20,000 bases of DNA. Origin: an uncultured virus (IMG/VR IMGVR_UViG_3300042891_000356) (lineage: Duplodnaviria; Heunggongvirae; Uroviricota; Caudoviricetes). The stretch lies in IMG/VR virus record IMGVR_UViG_3300042891_000356; one strand, written 5' to 3'. Below, one piece after another: positions 16,291 through 20,000 of this stretch. The position numbers were made by a program, and so were the translations under genes. The stretch's first letter is position 1. Each line of letters starts with the position of its first letter. Under the pieces are notes generated by a model. The model was given only the letters and a program-made list of their open reading frames with translations. It did no database searches and was not told the DNA's origin.

Positions 16291-16308
16291 AGGGTCGCCC
16301 CTTTAATC
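16285..16308. terminator. Perfect 10-bp inverted repeat between convergent genes; probable bidirectional terminator
   Basis: GATTAAAGGG-TCGC-CCCTTTAATC lies between the stops at 16290 (+) and 16309 (-). Confidence 0.7.
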
Positions 16309-19300
16309 TTATGGTGTTAGTTTAGCTTGATTCGCTATGGCTTTAAACTGTGTTGCAAGTTTAGGATCTTCAGCGGCTTTATTAAGTACACCCATTATTG
16401 GAGCAAGTGCTTTTACATCAGTTGACGTTGCTGTACCCATCGTAGCTGAATCAAGTGCTTTATCTAATGTTGCTGGAGCAACTGTAGTACCAGTTGCGGC
16501 TTTTAATGTATTTGTTGCTGCAGACGCTTTTGCTGCCGCTACTGGATCAACTGCTGGTTTAGCAGTAGTAGTTACTGGAGTAGCAGGATTTGCGCCAGGA
16601 GCTGCAAACTCCTTAACCGGCTTTTTTCCAGCTTCTTTTTCCTTACGTAAACGTATTTGCTCTTGACGTTCTGCTGGGGTAGGAATCTGTACAGTATTCA
16701 TACGATCCATATTACCTAACTTAGTAGCAATAACTTTATGTCCACGTGATTCTTTAAATTCACGCAACTTGTTTTGTAAGTCTGAATACTGTTGATTCAA
16801 ACTACCTAATCTACGTACTAATTCAGCTTTAAGTTGTGGATCTTTATGTGTGTCTGGATCCATTTGAATTTGTTGTAACGCACTACGTTTAGCCGCATAA
16901 TCTTCTTTATCACGCAATGGAGTTTCGCTGCCTTCACTAATTCCGTCAACAGTATCTCTAATTTTTAGTACGCCAGCAACTGCTTTTTGTGCTGAGGCTG
17001 TATCACCCTTTTCGTTTGCCGCTCTTGATTTTGCTAATAAATTATCTACAGCTTTATTCTTTTTAATAGCAAACTTCAATCTATCAGGACTTGTACTATT
17101 AGATGCTACATGCGGAGCAAGTTGTTGAGCTCTAGCAGTGCCTACTTTAGTAACTAAATCAGTGGACAATTCTGATATTGATTTAGTTTCGCCTAAACGA
17201 TTGCGATTAGCCGCACGTGCCGCCATACTGCTCACACCAGCCTGTGCTTGTTTCTTATCTTTCATCGGATCTTCGTTTTTAACTGTTAAAATTTCATTTG
17301 AGAATTTAACTTTAGTAGGATTAATGCTGTCAACATAGTGTTGAATAGCTGGACTATTGTTGTTACAATCTACTAGATCTTTAAGTAAGAACGGTTGACT
17401 TGTAGCCGCTACTACCATATTAGTAATAACTTCTGGTGCAACCTCTGTGTGTCCTTGTTGAATAAGTTCTTGTACTGCGGCCAACACAGCACCTTCAACT
17501 GGATCATTAGATTCAATGCCTTCACCTAGATATTTTGTCTGCGCTCTAATACCAATGTCACGTGGATTTGGTGTACTTGGATCTGCCATTAGTTTAGCAC
17601 GTGCCACCACCGCTTCATCTTGTGTAGCATATTCACCTGGGAACTCATAGTTAGGTTCATTGTTAGGACCACGACCTGATAAAGTATAAACTTTAGTCTG
17701 TGGACGTTTTGCTTGAGCCGCATCAGCTTCGGCATCTGCTTTCTCTTGACGACGTGCATCGTATTCAGCATCTGGGTCACGCTCACGACTGCTACTACGT
17801 TCTTCAGGACCACTTTCCCACCCTTCATCTACTTCTTTACTAACAGAATCATGATAGTATTCAGCACTTGCTACTTTTAAACCATTGGCTTCTGCGTACT
17901 GTGTGGCACCTTTGTGTGTGCGGAATTTTTTCTTAACTGTTTTAGTTTTTGGATCGTATACATAGAAATCGTTGTTCCAAGTAGTACGTGCTTCCACCAC
18001 ACCTTGATTTTGCTTTTTAATCCATGCATTGGCTTCTTCAGCTGATTTAAATGGACCAGCAACACTTCCGCCTTGACCATCTTTAAATACACGCCAAACA
18101 CCGTCTTTAGTTTCACGACCAGTGTAGTTTTCTGCTAGGTCTTTTACTAAACGTACATCTTGTTTAAGCACTACTGCTTGCCCACCATCTTCTAAGTCTA
18201 GGTCAAGATATACACGGTTTTTTAACTTGTCGGTTTTAATTTGACGAACATATCCAGTTTTACCCGCATCACGACCTTTAACGATAGTAACCTTTTTATG
18301 TAGACCTTTGCTAGGACCACGACCTTCGTCAACTTCTTCATCATCGTACCAGTCATCTTCTTCATCTTCTTCATCTTCGTAGTCATCTTCCGCAGGACCG
18401 TAGTCCATAACGTCTAAGCTATCCCAATCTGGATTTGGAGTATAGTTACCATTGGCTTTAAGAGCAAACTCTATAGCTTTATGTGCTAGGTCATCGTAGT
18501 TAGCAACAGCACCGATGTACGGCTCTAATTGATCAAAACTTGCTTCGTTGAACAAATCGCCATCATTGTAGTGACGATAAACAATTTTACTAGACGCACG
18601 TAATACTTCACCTTCGATAGTATCCGCTTTACCTTGGCTAGGAACTAATTCATTATATAGTGCATCATATTCTTTTTGTAATGCGCCAGTGCCACTCCAG
18701 TAAGTATGTGGGCTGTCAGGTAATGTTACACGGTCACTGCCTGTGTTCCAACCTTCATTAAAACGACTACGGTATGAGTTTGCACCCATTGAGCTACGTG
18801 AACCAATAACACGTTGGCCTTCACCACTTAACAATAAATCGTACATTAGTTTAATAACAGCCATTGGACTAACTAAACTATCAAGTCTGTTTTTAAACCA
18901 TTGAACTTTTTCTGGTTTCATTGGTCGTGCGCTTGGTTTACTAATTAATGCAAATGCACGTGCTTTTAATGTAGCTAAATCTTTAATGCCTTCTAATTCT
19001 TTGATATCGTCGGCTGTAAAGTTATCTGTATCTTTTTTGTATTCATTTAATTCGTTATTTTCAACAGTAGTATAACGTTTACTTGGTTTACCATGTTTAG
19101 TATATTCACGAATTGGACGATCACTTTTACGACCTGGACGTTTGGGTTCTACACCAATGTCATCTTCCATAAACTTAGCCCATTCTTCTGCTAACTCTTG
19201 TTCTTTAGTTTTAGGAGTAGGGCCTTTGGCTAGATCTTTAAGCACACTTTCGTCTGCACTACCTACTAATTTGCCTTTAAATGGATGTTCTTTAGTACCC

Positions 19301-19401
19301 ACTTTAGCTACATCAGTACCACGTACTTGATCACCCGGTTTTTGCTCGGGTTCACCAGCAAATTTAGTCATAGCTTCTAATAATTTTTTCATCATGCTCA
19401 T
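16309..19401 (-). CDS. 1030-aa modular, probably head-packaged polyprotein-like protein; contains a KOW-like motif
   Basis: Long ORF of short, compositionally distinct segments separated by hydrophobic-x-E sites (LLEA, LNEY, FNEG, VDEG x2, LAEN, VVEA, LGEG, LGET, ISEL, ISEG, FKES, VKEF). KVTIVKGRDAGKTGYVRQI is KOW-like. Confidence 0.75.
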   Translation of the reverse strand: MSMMKKLLEAMTKFAGEPEQKPGDQVRGTDVAKVGTKEHPFKGKLVGSADESVLKDLAKGPTPKTKEQELAEEWAKFMEDDIGVEPKRPGRKSDRPIREYTKHGKPSKRYTTVENNELNEYKKDTDNFTADDIKELEGIKDLATLKARAFALISKPSARPMKPEKVQWFKNRLDSLVSPMAVIKLMYDLLLSGEGQRVIGSRSSMGANSYRSRFNEGWNTGSDRVTLPDSPHTYWSGTGALQKEYDALYNELVPSQGKADTIEGEVLRASSKIVYRHYNDGDLFNEASFDQLEPYIGAVANYDDLAHKAIEFALKANGNYTPNPDWDSLDVMDYGPAEDDYEDEEDEEDDWYDDEEVDEGRGPSKGLHKKVTIVKGRDAGKTGYVRQIKTDKLKNRVYLDLDLEDGGQAVVLKQDVRLVKDLAENYTGRETKDGVWRVFKDGQGGSVAGPFKSAEEANAWIKKQNQGVVEARTTWNNDFYVYDPKTKTVKKKFRTHKGATQYAEANGLKVASAEYYHDSVSKEVDEGWESGPEERSSSRERDPDAEYDARRQEKADAEADAAQAKRPQTKVYTLSGRGPNNEPNYEFPGEYATQDEAVVARAKLMADPSTPNPRDIGIRAQTKYLGEGIESNDPVEGAVLAAVQELIQQGHTEVAPEVITNMVVAATSQPFLLKDLVDCNNNSPAIQHYVDSINPTKVKFSNEILTVKNEDPMKDKKQAQAGVSSMAARAANRNRLGETKSISELSTDLVTKVGTARAQQLAPHVASNSTSPDRLKFAIKKNKAVDNLLAKSRAANEKGDTASAQKAVAGVLKIRDTVDGISEGSETPLRDKEDYAAKRSALQQIQMDPDTHKDPQLKAELVRRLGSLNQQYSDLQNKLREFKESRGHKVIATKLGNMDRMNTVQIPTPAERQEQIRLRKEKEAGKKPVKEFAAPGANPATPVTTTAKPAVDPVAAAKASAATNTLKAATGTTVAPATLDKALDSATMGTATSTDVKALAPIMGVLNKAAEDPKLATQFKAIANQAKLTP

Positions 19402-19565
19402 TTTGTTTTTCTCTTTTTAGGTTGTTTATACGTGCCGCCAAACAAGGTACCTACTTTAGGTCCAGTGCCTACGCCCGGTACAGTAGCAATAGCGCCAGAG
19501 CTAGTTGCTCCGCCTGTTGCATCTTCGGTTAAGTCTGGTCGTTTGATAATATCGGTTATTTTCAT
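19398..19565 (-). CDS. Small hypothetical protein (55 aa), below the ORF-track cutoff
   Basis: MKITDIIKRPDLTEDATGGATSSGAIATVPGVGTGPKVGTLFGGTYKQPKKRKTK*. ATGA overlap with the 1030-aa gene, and an ATAAATA box 6 nt upstream. Confidence 0.8.
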   Translation of the reverse strand: MKITDIIKRPDLTEDATGGATSSGAIATVPGVGTGPKVGTLFGGTYKQPKKRKTK

Positions 19566-19570
19566 ATATG

Positions 19571-19577
19571 TATTTAT
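19571..19577 (-). promoter_or_regulatory. T4-late-like box ATAAATA
   Basis: ATAAATACATAT-ATG. Overlaps the TAA of the upstream 104-aa gene. Confidence 0.6.
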
Positions 19578-19888
19578 TGTAATGTAAAACTTATAGTATG
19601 TTCATTGATCTGCTCAAAGGTAAACATAGTATCGATGACTTGTAAATTATCAAGAGTAAATACAGCTTGGCCTGATAGATGAAGAATAGGTTGAATAGTT
19701 ATTAAATTTGTTGTTTTTGTATATGCCCATATGTTTTCTTTAATGCATATATTATTTTTCCAAATCCAAGTGCGTTCAGTTAACAAATCATTGTTAATAT
19801 ATAATCTATATGCTACCTGTTCTTTATTTAATATGCTCCGACACGACCGAATACAATGCACATCAACTGTGAGATTCACTGCGTTCAT
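19574..19888 (-). CDS. Hypothetical phage protein (beta-rich)
   Basis: 104-aa ORF tightly packed between neighbours, containing YRLYINNDLLTERTWIW. Confidence 0.7.
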   Translation of the reverse strand: MNAVNLTVDVHCIRSCRSILNKEQVAYRLYINNDLLTERTWIWKNNICIKENIWAYTKTTNLITIQPILHLSGQAVFTLDNLQVIDTMFTFEQINEHTISFTLQ

Positions 19889-19889
19889 A

Positions 19890-20000
19890 CTAAATTAAAC
19901 GTAATGCTTTGAGATTTTTGTTAATTGCACCCGGTTTAATATCTACTGTAAGAGAATTACTCCAGCGTGGATCTTTTGCTTCTTTCTTATTCTTTGGAAT
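19890..20000 (-). CDS. C-terminal end of a hypothetical protein (start beyond the window)
   Basis: Manual translation ...IPKNKKEAKDPRWSNSLTVDIKPGAINKNLKALRLI* (TAG at 19892-19890), ending just before ATG 19888. Confidence 0.7.
   Translation of the reverse strand: MPKNKKEAKDPRWSNSLTVDIKPGAINKNLKALRLI

Noticed and set aside
1..20000. Stop-codon recoding (alternative genetic code), as seen in some large phages
   Set aside because: Standard code 11 gives near-complete coding density with abutting genes, and TAA, TAG and TGA all appear as real stops (for example TAG at 4722 and 19890, TGA at 7390 and 19398).

Overview
This 20 kb window looks like a late (virion) region of a large tailed phage, probably a T4-like or jumbo phage. 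It is densely coding, and every credible gene but one is on the minus strand. No rRNA, tRNA, CRISPR array or mobile element was seen. There are three blocks. (1) 1-8127 is a run of enzyme and unknown genes: an amidoligase (COOH-NH2 ligase, missed by the ORF track and truncated at base 1), a SAM methyltransferase, a ParB/Srx-domain fusion, three Pol-beta-fold nucleotidyltransferases, a GNAT acetyltransferase and a YGxGTxWC protein. Almost all begin with a short tag such as MRAKEFILE, MRFKEFLRE or MKITE, resembling the T4 internal-protein capsid-targeting sequence ending at a prohead-protease [ILV]xE site. (2) 8241-14910 is untagged: a signal-peptide DRGH nuclease, two 2OG-Fe(II) oxygenases, two membrane desaturases, two hypotheticals and an 806-aa Gly-rich fibre-like protein with a repeat-built insert. 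(3) 14910-20000 holds more tagged modular proteins, including a 1030-aa apparent polyprotein punctuated by xxE sites, plus one plus-strand gene with a near-consensus sigma70 promoter. Six T4-late-like (T)ATAAATA boxes sit just upstream of start codons, and a GC-rich structured intergenic element lies at 2926-3016. The main hypothesis, which is inference, is a tag-addressed, protease-processed kit of modifying enzymes that is packaged in the head and injected into the host. All function calls come from motifs read by eye; no searches were run.
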